From: the human T2T-CHM13v2.0 reference genome, Homo sapiens | Direction: 5' to 3' (one strand) | Assembly (NCBI RefSeq): GCF_009914755.1 | Contig: NC_060927.1 | DNA length: 64,000 bases | Part shown: positions 51,790 through 64,000 of the stretch, in pieces | How the letters are laid out: each line of letters begins with the position of its first letter | Position numbering within the stretch: position 1 is the stretch's first letter | The notes under the pieces: model-generated | Database searches by the model: none | Seen by the model: the letters and a program-made list of their open reading frames with translations, nothing else | Told to the model about the DNA's origin: nothing | Program-made: the position numbers and the translations under genes

Positions 51790-52211
51790 TCAGGCTAAAT
51801 TCAACTCATGTATTTTTTACATACATAATATTTGAAGGGTCTTATATGTGTATGTATATCTTCTTCTTATTGAATTTAAGAATACTTTATATATTTCAGA
51901 TCTTAAAATATCCACAAATGTTGAAATTTTTAAACTATTTTTTTTTTCATTCCATCATTTATTTTAAGGCCTTTACCATGTGGAAATTTTAGTTTTTATG
52001 GGAAATCAACCTTTTCTGCTGGCTGACAACAGCCTTCTCTATGCCAAGTTTATAGAATTCATTTTCCATATTTTATTCTAATTCCTTTAAGGTTTTATTT
52101 TTAAAGTCTTAATATTTATTTCTTCTGGAATTTATTCTTATGGATAGGTATGTGGAAGAAATCTAACTTTTACTGATTTTGGCCATAAAGCCCAATGTTA
52201 TTTACCAAATG

Positions 52212-52661
52212 CAGGTGACTCTTGAACAACAAGGGTTTCAACTGCAAGGGTTTGCCACTTATAGGCAAATTTTCACCCGCCTCTGCCACCTCTGAGACAG
52301 CAAGACCAACCCTTCCTCTTCCTCCTCCTCCTCAGTCTACTTAACACAAAGATGATGAGGATGAAGACTTTTATGATGATCCACTTCCACTTAATGAATA
52401 GTAAATATGTTTTCCCTTCCTCAGCATTTTCTTAATAACATTTTCTTTTCTCTAGCTTACTTTATTGTAAGAATACAGTGCATAATACATATAACATGCA
52501 TAATATGTGTAAATCAACTGTTTATGTTATCAGTAAGACTTCTGGTCAACAATAAACTATTAGTAGTTAAGTTTTGGGGGAGCCAAAAGTTATACACAAG
52601 TGTTCATCTGCATGGGAGGTGAGGGGTGTTCTTAACCCCTGCATTATCCAAGGGTGAACTG
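52212..52661 (+). mobile_element. Tigger2a/MER28-type MITE
   Basis: TIRs CAGGTGACTCTTGAACAA ... TTATCCAAGGGTGAACTG; characteristic GATGATGAGGATGAAGAC core. Confidence 0.85.
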
Positions 52662-54788
52662 CAATCCATTTTATTGATTTGGAATGCCACTTTTATCACC
52701 TACTAAAGGGCCGGGCATGCAAGACACTGGTTTTGTTTCTCTGTACTCCTGCATTGCTCTATTTGCCTTTTCCTGTGCCCTGAAGAATTCTTTCAATCAC
52801 TGTGCTTTTATAATATGATATCGCATCTGATAATACAAATAACCACATTGCTTTTTTTTGTTTCAAAAATATCTGAACTATTTTCAAACATGTATTCCTG
52901 CCGATTAAATTTAGAATCAACCATTGAATTTCAAATCACTTCCATTTGAATGGACTTGAAATGAATCAGTAGATTAATTTAAAAGAAATTCTGTCTCTAA
53001 AATGTTGAATCTCCTTTTCCAGGAATCTGGAAAGTCACTGCTTATTTAATTCTCTTTATATGCCTTTAGTTGACTTTTATTGTTATTGTTTCCCTACATT
53101 GGTTTGCGCCCATTTACTTAATTTTTTTCTAACAGCTTTATTAAGATACAATTCATGTGCCATGCAACTCACTCATTGAAAGTGTGCAATTAAATGTTTT
53201 TAAGTATATTCACAAAGTTGTGCAACTATTACCAGATTCAATTACAGAACATTTTCATTTCCTCAGTAAGAAACCTGGTACACTTTAGCTACTATCCCAC
53301 CCCAGCCCCATCTGCTATCCCTACAGACCAAAGCAACAGGGCTCTTTGACATTTCATGTAAATGGAATCATATAATATGTGATCCTCTATGACTGGCTTC
53401 TTTCACTTAGCATGATGTTTTCAAGGTTCAATCATATTGTATGAAGCATGTATTAGTACTTGGTTCCTTTTTATGACCAAATAATATTCCTATTGTATGG
53501 ATAAACCACATTTTGTTTATTCATTTATTATTTGATGAGCATTTTGGTTATTTTTACCTCTTGGCTATTACAAATCATGCTGCTATGAAGATTCATGTAC
53601 AAGTTTTTATGTGGACATATTTCAGTCGTCTTGGAAAAAGTACTGCTGGTCTAATGGTAACTCCACATTTAACTTTTTGAGAAGCTGCCAGACTGTTTTC
53701 CAAAGCAGCTGCTCCATTTTTCATTCTCACAAGCAATCTATGAGGATTACTGCTCAACCCTGCTAACACTTATTATTGTCTGACTTTGTGATTAGAGCTA
53801 TTATATAGTGGGGGTGTGAAATGGTATCTCATTGTTGTCTTGATTTGGATTTCTCTGATGTCTAATAATGTTGATCACTGTTTCATTTGCTTAATAGACA
53901 TCTATATATCTTCTTTGAAAAAATGTTTATTCAGATCCTTTATTCATTTTTAATTGGGTTGTCTTTTTATTATTGAGCTGTGTTCTTTATATATTCTAGA
54001 TACAAGTTTCTTATCAAATATATGATTTGCAAATATTTTCACCCATTCTGTGGGATTTTTTTTCACTTTCTTGAGAGTGTCCTTTGAGGCAGAAAGGTTT
54101 TCGATTTAGATGAAGTATAATGTATCTATTTTTCCTCTTGTTGTTCATGCTGTTGGTGTCTTATTTTAAAATCTATTGCCAAATACAAAGTCATGAAGAT
54201 TTACCCTGTGTTTTCTCTTCAGAGTTTTAGGTTTGGGACTCACATTTAGGTCTTTGATCCATTTTGAGTCAATTTTTGTATATGGCAAGATGTAAGTGTT
54301 CAAGTACATTCTTTTGCATTAGGGTATTCCATTGTTTCAGCATCATTTGTTAAAGAGATTATTCCTTCCCTGTTGAATGTACCTGGCACCCTTATTAAAA
54401 ATTAGTTAACCATAGACACATGGGGTTTATTTCTGGACTTTCAATTCTATTCTGTTGAATCTTACGCTGGTACCACATGGTCTTGATTACTGTAGGTTTG
54501 TAGTAAGTTTTGAAGCTAGGAAATGCAAGCCTTCCAACTTCATTCTTCTTTTTCAAAATCTTCTTGCCATTTTGGGTCACTTGAGTTTCCACATTAATTT
54601 TTAGATCCATTTGTCAAAATCTATAAAGAATCTAGGGATTGACTTGAATCTGTAGAACAATTTGGAGAGTATTGCCATCTTATACCATATGCGATCCATG
54701 AACATGGGATGTCCTTCCATTTTTAAGTTCTTCAATTTTTTTCAACCAAGCTTTGTAGTTTTCTGAGTATAAGTTTTACACATTACAT

Positions 54789-55667
54789 TGTGATATTGTG
54801 ATATACATATATAAATATATTTATATATATATATATATATATATATAGTTTTTGTCCTATTTCCTGACATACAACTCCTAAAACCCTCAGAATCTCCAGC
54901 GTGATAAGGATGTCTTTTGTATGCTAATGAGATGACTGGTGGATAGCAGCCCCTAAGTAGTTTGAAGATGTGGGGGTGATCACAGGAAAAACATGGGCAT
55001 GATTAGAGGGTTGGGACTTTTCAGCCCCACCCCCAACCTCCAAAGAGGGGAGAGAAGCTGAAGGTTAAGTTGATCAACAGTGACCAACAATTTAATCAAC
55101 CATGTCTATGTAATGAAGCTTCTATTAAAAATGTAGAAAGACTGGGTTCAGGGAGCTTCTAGATAGCTAAACATATGGAGGTTCCTGGAGGGTGTCATGC
55201 CTGGAGAGGGCATGAAACTGCCGCACACCTTTCCACATACCTCACTCTACATATACTTCATTTGGCTGTTCATCTGTGTTCTTTTTAACGTCCTTTATAC
55301 TAAACCAGCAAATGTGGGAAAGTGCTTCCCTGAGTTCTGGTGAGCCATCCTAGCAAATTAATTGACCCCAAGGAGGGAGGTCATGGCAATCCTGGTTTGT
55401 AGTCAGGGTTCCAGGTATCTGAATTGGAGGTAGTTTTGTGGGGCTGAGCCCTCTATCTGTGGAATCTAACACTATCTCTAGGTAAACAGAGTCAGAATTT
55501 AATTGAATTAGAGAACGTCTAACTGGTGCCCACTAGAGAATCTGGCCGAAATTTGCTTGGTGGATTGGTAGGGAGAAATCCTTATATATTTGTTCACAGA
55601 AGAATTCTGTGTTGTATTGTAAGAGTACAGTGGGGGAAAATGATAATGTTTTTTCAATACCCTTACA
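54789..55667 (+). mobile_element. MER21-type LTR with (TA)n
   Basis: TGTGATATTGTGA start; GATTAGAGGGTTGGGACTTTTCAGCCCCACCCCC. Confidence 0.8.
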
Positions 55668-55791
55668 CACTTCTTTTTGTTTATTTGTAAGCATTTTATT
55701 CCTTTAGATGCTATTACAAATTGAATTGTTTTCATTATTTTATTTTCAGATTGTTCATTGCAAGCATATAGAAATACAACTAAGTTTTGTA

Positions 55792-57176
55792 CAGTCATGC
55801 ATCACTTAAACGCAGGGATACATTCTGAGAAATGTGATGTTAGGTGATTTTGTCATTGTGTGAACACCTTAGAGTGTACTTACACAAATCTGAATGATTT
55901 AGCCTACTACACATCTAAACTATATGGTACAATATAGCCTATTGCTCCTAGGCTACAAACCCATACTGCATGTTACTATACTGAAAACTGTAGGTGATTG
56001 TAACACAATGGTATTTGTGTATGTAAACATAACTAAACATAGAAAAGGGGCAGTAAAAATATATTACAACGGATAAGATATGGTACCCCTGTATAAGGCA
56101 CTTACCATCAATGGAGCTACCAGGACTGGAAGTTGCTCTGGGCAAGTCAGTGAGTGAGTGGTGAGTGGATGTGAAGGCCTCGGGCACTACTGTGCACTAC
56201 TGTAGACTTTATGAGCACTGTACATTCAAGTTACACTAAATTCATTTTTAAAATATTTAAAATATTTAAATATGTAAAATAAAAATATTTAAAATATTAA
56301 ATATGTAAAATAAAAATATTTAAAATATTTAAATATGTAAAATAAAAATATTTAAAATATTTAAATATTTAAAATAAAAATATTTAAAATATTTAAATAT
56401 TTAAAATAAAAATATTTAAAATAAAAAAATTAAATATTTAAATATTTTAAATAAATTAAACTTACCTATCTTTTTTAATGTATAAACTTAATTTTCTTTT
56501 AACTTTTTAACTTATAATAACACAGACTAAAACACAAATACATTGTTCAGCTGTATAAAAATATTGTCTATTATTCTATAAGTATTTTTCTATTTTAAAA
56601 TGATTTTATTTTCTTTTTACTATTTAAACTTTTTTGTTAAAAATGAAGAACACGCACACACATTAGCCTAAGCTAACACAGGGCCAAGATCATCAACATC
56701 ACCATCTTCCACCTCCACATTCTGTCCCACTGGAAGGTGTTCAGCTTTATGACACATAGAGCTGTCATTTCCTGTGTGATGACAGTGTCTTCTTCTGGAT
56801 ACCTCCTGAAGGACTTGTCTGAGACTGTTTTACAGCAGCTATTTTTTTTTAAATAAGTAGAAGGAGTACATGCTAAAAACCACAATTAAAATAGAATATA
56901 GTAAATAAAGCAGTAGCATAATCGTTTATTATCATTATCAAACACTATGTTCTGTACATAACTGTGTGTGCTGGACTTTGAAATGACTGGAAGCACGGCA
57001 GGTTTGTTTTCGCCAGCATCACCATAGGCAGGTGAGTAATGCATTGTGCTACTACATTACGACAGCTACGACGTCACTAGGCAGTAGGAATTTTTCAGCT
57101 CCACTATAATCTTATGGGACCCTCATCGTATATGCGATCCATTGTTAACCAAATGTTTTTGTGTGGCACATTACTG
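55792..57176 (+). mobile_element. Tigger3b (MER7B)-type DNA transposon
   Basis: CAGTCATGC...GCACATTACTG ends with TA on both flanks; GCCTATTGCTCCTAGGCTACAAACC. Confidence 0.88.
56247..56460. repeat. Near-pure AT minisatellite, ~32-bp unit
   Basis: AAAATAAAAATATTTAAAATATTTAAATATKT repeated ~5-6 times. Confidence 0.9.
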
Positions 57177-57709
57177 TATATTCATTTATCTTGTATCCTG
57201 CAAACTTGCTGAACTCTTTTATTAGTTCTAATAGTTTTTTAGTGGATTTCTTAGAATTTCCTACATACAAGTTATGTGATCTGTGAATAAAGATAGCATT
57301 ACTTCTTCCTTTCCAATCTGGATGCTTCTTATTTATTTTTCTTCACTTACTGCCCTGACTAGAATCACATTTATGTTTCAGTTTATTTCTAAGTTTTTGT
57401 TGCTATGAGAGATAGAATATACCCCTTTATATCTTATGATTATTTCTATTATATGGAAAATCTGTTTAATTTACTGAACATTTCTTGATTCTAATAGTTT
57501 TTATATTATTTTCTTAAATTTGAGGAGTTAAAATTATACTTGTAAAAATGGTTCTTATCTATATTATTAATATTTACAGCTTAAATAATTTTCTAGACTC
57601 ATTTCATTGTCTAGGATCTCAAATACAATATGAAATAGTGACAGATGAGGCAGGAATCTTTATTTTATTCCCAAAAGGATGTGTTTCCTTTGAATAATAG
57701 TCCATTGCT

Positions 57710-57915
57710 ACACATTATTGAGCTCTTATTATATGCTAGGAGCTTTGCATACATTAATATTAAATCCTCCTTATGACTGTGAAGTGGGTTCCATTGTGAG
57801 CCACAGTTTCAGATGAGGAAGCAAAGGTACAAAGTTTAGGTTAAGTAAGTTGCCCACAGTTACGCATCTGGGTGCAGAGCTGGGATTTGAATACAGAACT
57901 GAGTACGTCACTCTT
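57710..57915 (-). mobile_element. MIR
   Basis: TTTCAGATGAGGAAGC...GGTTAAGTAAGTTGCCCA...GCAGAGCTGGGATTTGAA. Confidence 0.75.
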
Positions 57916-58399
57916 GCATGTGACTCTGGCTTACCCCCTGTAATTCAGAGACCTGAAGCCAGGGTCCAGACATGTCTAAGAGGGCCACCAAAAGGCTTCA
58001 AGCAGCCCCATGAGCCCCTTGAAAATCTGTACAAAATTTTCAATGCATGTCCACAAATTTATTTTTGTGTGTATAACATCCAGGTTCCCCACTGGATTTT
58101 CAAAGGCATTTAATACCACTCAAGTCTTTCCCTGAAAGTATAGTGATGCCTGTTGGGTTCTGGTAAAATTCCTTTTGTTTCATTAAGGATATTTTATTCC
58201 TAACCAGCAAAAGCTTTTTATACTAAATATGGTATTACATTATGAAATACTTATTCAGAACCTTTTGAGGCGCTAATCTCTTGCTTTGCCTAATAATCTA
58301 ATGACCAGCAGTAATGGATCTTGCAAGAATGATCCATGTCTACAATCCCTGGACAAGCCTTGTTTTGTTTTATTGTCCTGGTGGATTCTTCATATTCTA

Positions 58400-59249
<850 letters not shown>

Positions 59250-59340
59250 TTTGCTTTGCTATGATTCTGAGACTTGCACCTAAGTGAGATTTCTTTTCCA
59301 GTGTTTTTTTTATATCTTGAGTTAATTTTAGTACTTGACA

Positions 59341-59499
<159 letters not shown>

Positions 59500-59749
59500 T
59501 AAGATGTTTAAGCATATTAGCTCAGCATTCTGTACTGTATTTGTCCCACTTTAAAAATTTTCCTTCTGGTCCATTTTGCACTATGCCTACGGCATGTTTT
59601 CCATAGCATTAGCCTCCCCCCACCCCCCTGGCCCCAATAGAGCCAAAACAGCTACCAGTGTCCCCTGGGAGTCAGGGATGGCCTGGGCTGGTTCAGGGGA
59701 CTGTAGCTGGAGCCCCTGGCTGGCTGTGTGATTCTGCCCAGTCCCCCGC

Positions 59750-61120
59750 TCCCTGTCCGGGCCCTCTGTTCTCTCCTTACGGTGGGGAGAGGTCTGAATG
59801 AGGCCCCAGCTCACGCACTCCATTATCTTGAGGCTGCTCCCACCCCCAGGCCCGAGGGAGACAGAGGCCTTTTGAGCTGGGGCTGGCAGGCGAGGCTGGA
59901 GTCCCAGGGCTACCAGAGCGTTGCGGAGGGAATGCTTTGAAGAGGCCCCGCCCTTCCTGGGGCTGCGGCTCAGCTCCGGCCTCCCTCACCCGGCAGGGAT
60001 TCCCGTTCTAGGGGACATGTGGTTCGTGCCAGCCAGTTGATGTGGGCGCTTTCTTCTGCCCCTACTCCCGGCTGTCCGCTTCCTCCCCAGCCCCCTCCTG
60101 TGAGCTCTGGGAGCTACAGAATAAGGACACTCCTTGGCCCCAAGCCAGCCCCAGCTTGCTCGGGAGCCTGGGTTTCCCCCTCCGTCCCCATCACCGCGAG
60201 GGTCTGTGCATGGGAATCTGCTCCAGAGGCTCCCTCAGGCGCCGCGCCGCGGGGATACGCCTTTCACCGCCCCAGCAATTGGAGCGCTGAGTCGAAGTCC
60301 TGATTCCACGATAGGCGGATGAAGCCCTAACGCTGAAATTCTTTCCTCTAGGTCTTTGGCAGCGGCTGGGGCCAAAGCCCGGGCAAGACCAACGCCTTCG
60401 GCACCCGGACTCAGGCTCCGTCCTCTCTGCCAGCGTGCGGCTACAATGACTCGACATGGCAGGTGGGCAAGCACAGCACGCCCCAACAGACATGCTTTAT
60501 TTAATATGTACTAAAAATACAGCAGGCCTGTGAAACCCACAGGTGCAATTGCTTAAAATGAGGCTAAGGTAGACGTGTGAATGGTTAATAATGAGTTGAT
60601 TAAAATATTCAGAAATCATCTACTGGAGACGGGCAAACTGCAAAATGGTAGCATGGGAGCAACTGATGTTCGAGAAAGCCCAGGCTCCGGCAAGCCGTGG
60701 GTTTGAATTTACACATGCGCACATAATGGGTATGAATAAACCTTTCTTCAAAAAAACCAGATCAAGTCAAGGCAGTTATTTGCTGTGGGCAGGTGCCAAG
60801 GCTGGCTGCTTCAGTCCCCACGCGAGTCGCCCCCGAGCCTGCTTCTGCAGCCCAGCCTGGAAAGTGCAAGGCACTTGGAAAGGAGCCACGCCCAACGCCC
60901 TGTACCAGCGGCCTCCCGGACACCAACAGCGTCCTCTGCGCCTGCTGCAGCTTGTCCCTTAGTCCTCCCTGGACAGAGGGCGTGAAGTTGGCTGCGCCAA
61001 CAGGACGCGGCCCGCTCACTTCGGGGCTCATTGTCCTGGACACACAGTCAGGGCTGGACGCCTCCAGCAGCCCCACGCTTCACCCCAAGGTCCGCAAACC
61101 TGACAACTTCGGAGGTAGGG
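59750..61120. promoter_or_regulatory. CpG-enriched region (two clusters)
   Basis: CpG-dense 60180-60480 and 60820-61100; GC box GGCCCCGCCC near 59945. Confidence 0.6.
60352..60462 (+). other. Candidate spliced exon, 111 nt
   Basis: Branch-like CCCTAAC (60325-60331), TTCTTTCCTCTAG acceptor, CAG|GTGGGC donor. Confidence 0.45.
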
Positions 61121-61229
61121 ATATCTTGACACAGTCTGAAAACAAACCATTTAAAACTTTTTTTCTCAAAAAATTAAAATAATTTTTTTCTGCTTACAAA
61201 ATCTATAAATTCAGTTCAATATCAATGAA

Positions 61230-61940
61230 AATCGCAACAGGATGTTGACACTTGAGAAGCTGATTTGAAAGTTCATCTGAAAGAGAAAATATATAGGAAT
61301 CCTGAAGATGATTTCGAAAACCTCCAAAAAGACTTCAGTAATTCACACAGAAAATCCAGAAACAGATTCATGTTTATGGGGAAATTTAGTATTTGATACA
61401 GGAGACCTTTCAAAGCCAAGCTGGAAAGATGGAAGGTCAACAGAGGCTTTGGGGAAAACTCACTATCCATTTTGAAACCAATGTTAGAATCTTCTTACCA
61501 TTTGCAAGAATAAACTCCAGGTGTATTAAAGAGCTAAACATTTAAAAAATCTATAAAAGTTTTAGAGCCAAATATGGAAGAATATTTTTAAAATCCTATG
61601 GTGAAGAAGGCTTTTACTAAGCAGCAAACAAAACCTGGAAACCGTAAAGGAAATGACTGACAGATTTGAATATTGCAAGAACTAAATGAATGCCTCCTTA
61701 AACAAATTAAAGGACAAATTCCAGGCAGGGAGAAAATAGTTTACAATAGAAGTAATGTGCCAATGGTTAATATCTGTGTTGCATAAACATGTCTTTCCAA
61801 TCAATAAGAAAAGAGTAGGAAATGGGTAAGGATTTAACAGGCAATTCACAGAAGACAAAGTAACCGGCCCCTAAATGGGAGCATATCCTCAACTTCACTA
61901 GTAATAAAGGAAACGAATTTAAAAGACGATACATTTCTCA
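61230..61940 (+). mobile_element. Old L1ME-type ORF2 fragments
   Basis: Degenerate A-rich L1 motifs (AATAAACTCCAGGTGTATTAAAGAGCTAAA; CAGGCAATTCACAGAAG). Confidence 0.6.
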
Positions 61941-62108
61941 CTTCTTCTCTCCTTATAGCTGTATTCCACCTTTGACCATACAGCCTGTTTTTATTTATCG
62001 TAAGCATAGGTTAATAAATACAGGGCTTACCATGTTAATATCTTCTTTCTATGGATGCGTAACAACTTATTTTATCATTCCGTTTGTGACTGAAATTGAA
62101 TTTCTTTC

Positions 62109-62536
62109 TGTAAACCTGAAAATATCTGAGACAAGCCTCGATCAACTTAGAAGTTTACTTTGCCAAGATTAAGGACACGTCTTGGGAGACAGGTCTGTGC
62201 CTTTCTCCAAAGATGATTTCGAGGGCTTCAGTATTTAAAGGAAAAAGCCAGCTGGAGGGGACAGAGGGAGGGTATGGTCACATTACTGAATCCAAATGTT
62301 GCAAAAGAAAAGGAGCATGTAGGGGAATGGTCAGTTATGTGTTCGTCCCATGCTCAGTAACTCGACTCTTCACACAAGATAAGGTGAATGCAGAGTGGAG
62401 ATCTTTAACCTTTTATCTGTCTCTATCTGCTTAGGAACAAAGGGAAAGGCAGCTTCTTGCATGACTCCACTTTCAGCATTTTTTTTTTCTTTTGGCGGAG
62501 GGAATAGGGGTCCCAAGTTTTTATTTTCCTTTCACA
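62109..62536 (-). mobile_element. MER4A-family solo LTR
   Basis: TGTAAACCTGAAAATATCTGAGAC...TTTATTTTCCTTTCACA; perfect 4-bp TSD TTTC / TTTC. Confidence 0.85.
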
Positions 62537-62817
62537 TTTCTATTTTGCTTTTCTATGATCTGCTGCTGTAAGCTTCCCTATAGCACATTCCCAGGCTAGA
62601 ATCTCATAGTGGGGACTGCCAGCTCACAGGGAAAGCACAGGGATGCTTGGATGCAGACAGGCAAGCCCAGCTCCAGGGCTGCACCTGTGGACCCCACCCC
62701 AGCCCAGCCCAGCCCCTGGAAGAGGGGGTCTGTCTGTCCCTGATTGGCCCACCAGCACCCTGTGGTTCTTTCAAAGTTATTTCTGACCTATACTACTGTT
62801 TGCCCTATTAGGGTGCC

Positions 62818-62888
62818 CCTTCCTTCCTTCCTTTCTTCCTTCCTACCTTCCTTCCTTCCTTCCTTCCTTCCTTCCTTCCTTCCTTCCT
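62818..62888. repeat. (CCTT)n microsatellite
   Basis: Seen directly. Confidence 0.9.
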
Positions 62889-64000
62889 CTGTCTCACAAG
62901 AATTCCTTTTACAGTTTGTCATTTGCCATTGTATGTGGCTAAATCTGTCAAACTTCAGCACTGTTTTCTAGCATTGTTGCCAGGCTTAGCCTCCATTCCA
63001 AGATTACAGAAGCATCCACCTGAATTTTCTCCTAGAACTCTCACAGCTGCAGTACGTTCTGCTTTGGAGAAGGAATGGCCCAATTCCCTTCTGAATCTGG
63101 AAGAAAACAGAACTGGGTCACTTTACATATTATTTGGCCATTTTAAATTATATACCACTTTTACATTTAATGTAGCCATTTGACGGAGTTACTTCAAAAT
63201 TTTCATATAAGCCTTGTCAAAAGGTCTCATTCTGTACTTTTACCATTTTTTTGAATCTTTTTTATCTTTATCCACTTTCATCTTGTTACAGGCCACTGCC
63301 TTCAGAGAAGGTGACAGAGGGCCATGTCTGAAACATTCTCCCACAACCAGGAACCCTCAGCAGCCGCTGAAGAGGAAAGGCAGTTAAATGGAAAGACTTC
63401 TGAGCAAGTGGAGGAAAAGTCACGTGTGACCTAGGGAGGGGCTCCCACAGGAAGGGGCAATGCCCTTGCCCTGTTCACCTAGCCTCCAGGTGGCTCCCCA
63501 CTTGAAATTTCAGAGGATGGCAGAAACCTACTTACAAGGAAATGAAAGAGGGCACAGCAACCTTAAGACCAGAGCAGCCCACGATATTTTTTAATGAGGG
63601 CAAAAATAGAAGACTTGCAAAAGACCCCTGAAAATAATGCCTGGAAGCTGCGAAACATCAGACTGACACCGCACAAAAGAGGTCCAGCTGAGCAGGAGAA
63701 AAGCTTGAGAAGCATCCAGAACAATGTAGGTGGAGAGGCTAAGAAGAAAGAGGAGCCCACATGGAATGAATAACCAAGGTCGGGACAGAGGAAGGTTCGC
63801 CAGAACTGGGAGGGCTGAAATTGGACATTGAGATAAATTAAAGAGTGTTCTTTAAAACTGTCAAGACTTTGGCTGGTCAATAAGTAAACTGCAAACGAGT
63901 GTTCCTAAACCACAGCAGCAATGCTCCCTGGAGGAGGGAAGGAGGCCGGGGCTGCCACTCTCCCAGGTGGCTGCGTCCCGGCCTTTGCCATTGATGTGTG

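Larger units (their letters stand above)
53120..57370 (-). mobile_element. L1MB-type 3' portion split by MER21 and Tigger3
   Basis: ACAGCTTTATT...-type terminus; ORF2 peptide 54395-54610 ([15 protein letters not shown]). Confidence 0.8.

Overview
Primate (very likely human) non-coding genomic DNA with no recognisable intact protein-coding gene, RNA gene or CRISPR array; I cannot name the locus from sequence alone. Bases 1-28.4 kb are AT-rich and almost wholly nested transposable elements: old L1s carrying Alus and an L1PA-type insertion; a full LTR-int-LTR THE1 MaLR with a second THE1 LTR inside it; an LTR1/HUERS-P-type provirus (tRNA-Pro PBS, gag only) whose 5' LTR is interrupted by a truncated HERV-H-type provirus (LTR7, Phe-like PBS, perfect splice donor, open matrix ORF); and a MER57 provirus (Leu PBS, env TM relic) lacking its 3' LTR. 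Bases 28.4-51 kb are GC-richer, with MLT/MIR/L2 relics, a ~950-bp polypyrimidine tract containing a duplicated telomere-like unit, and a CpG island at ~39.5-40.3 kb whose left edge is duplicated 2.7 kb upstream with CpG decay. Bases 52-64 kb hold L1MB, Tigger, MER21 and MER4 elements and a second CpG-rich region at ~59.8-61.1 kb. Several well-formed plus-strand candidate exons (24841-24963, 51345-51379, 60352-60462) suggest a spliced transcript, possibly started from LTR7 or the CpG island; this is a hypothesis. Repeat subfamily names come from recalled consensus sequences and need RepeatMasker/Dfam confirmation.
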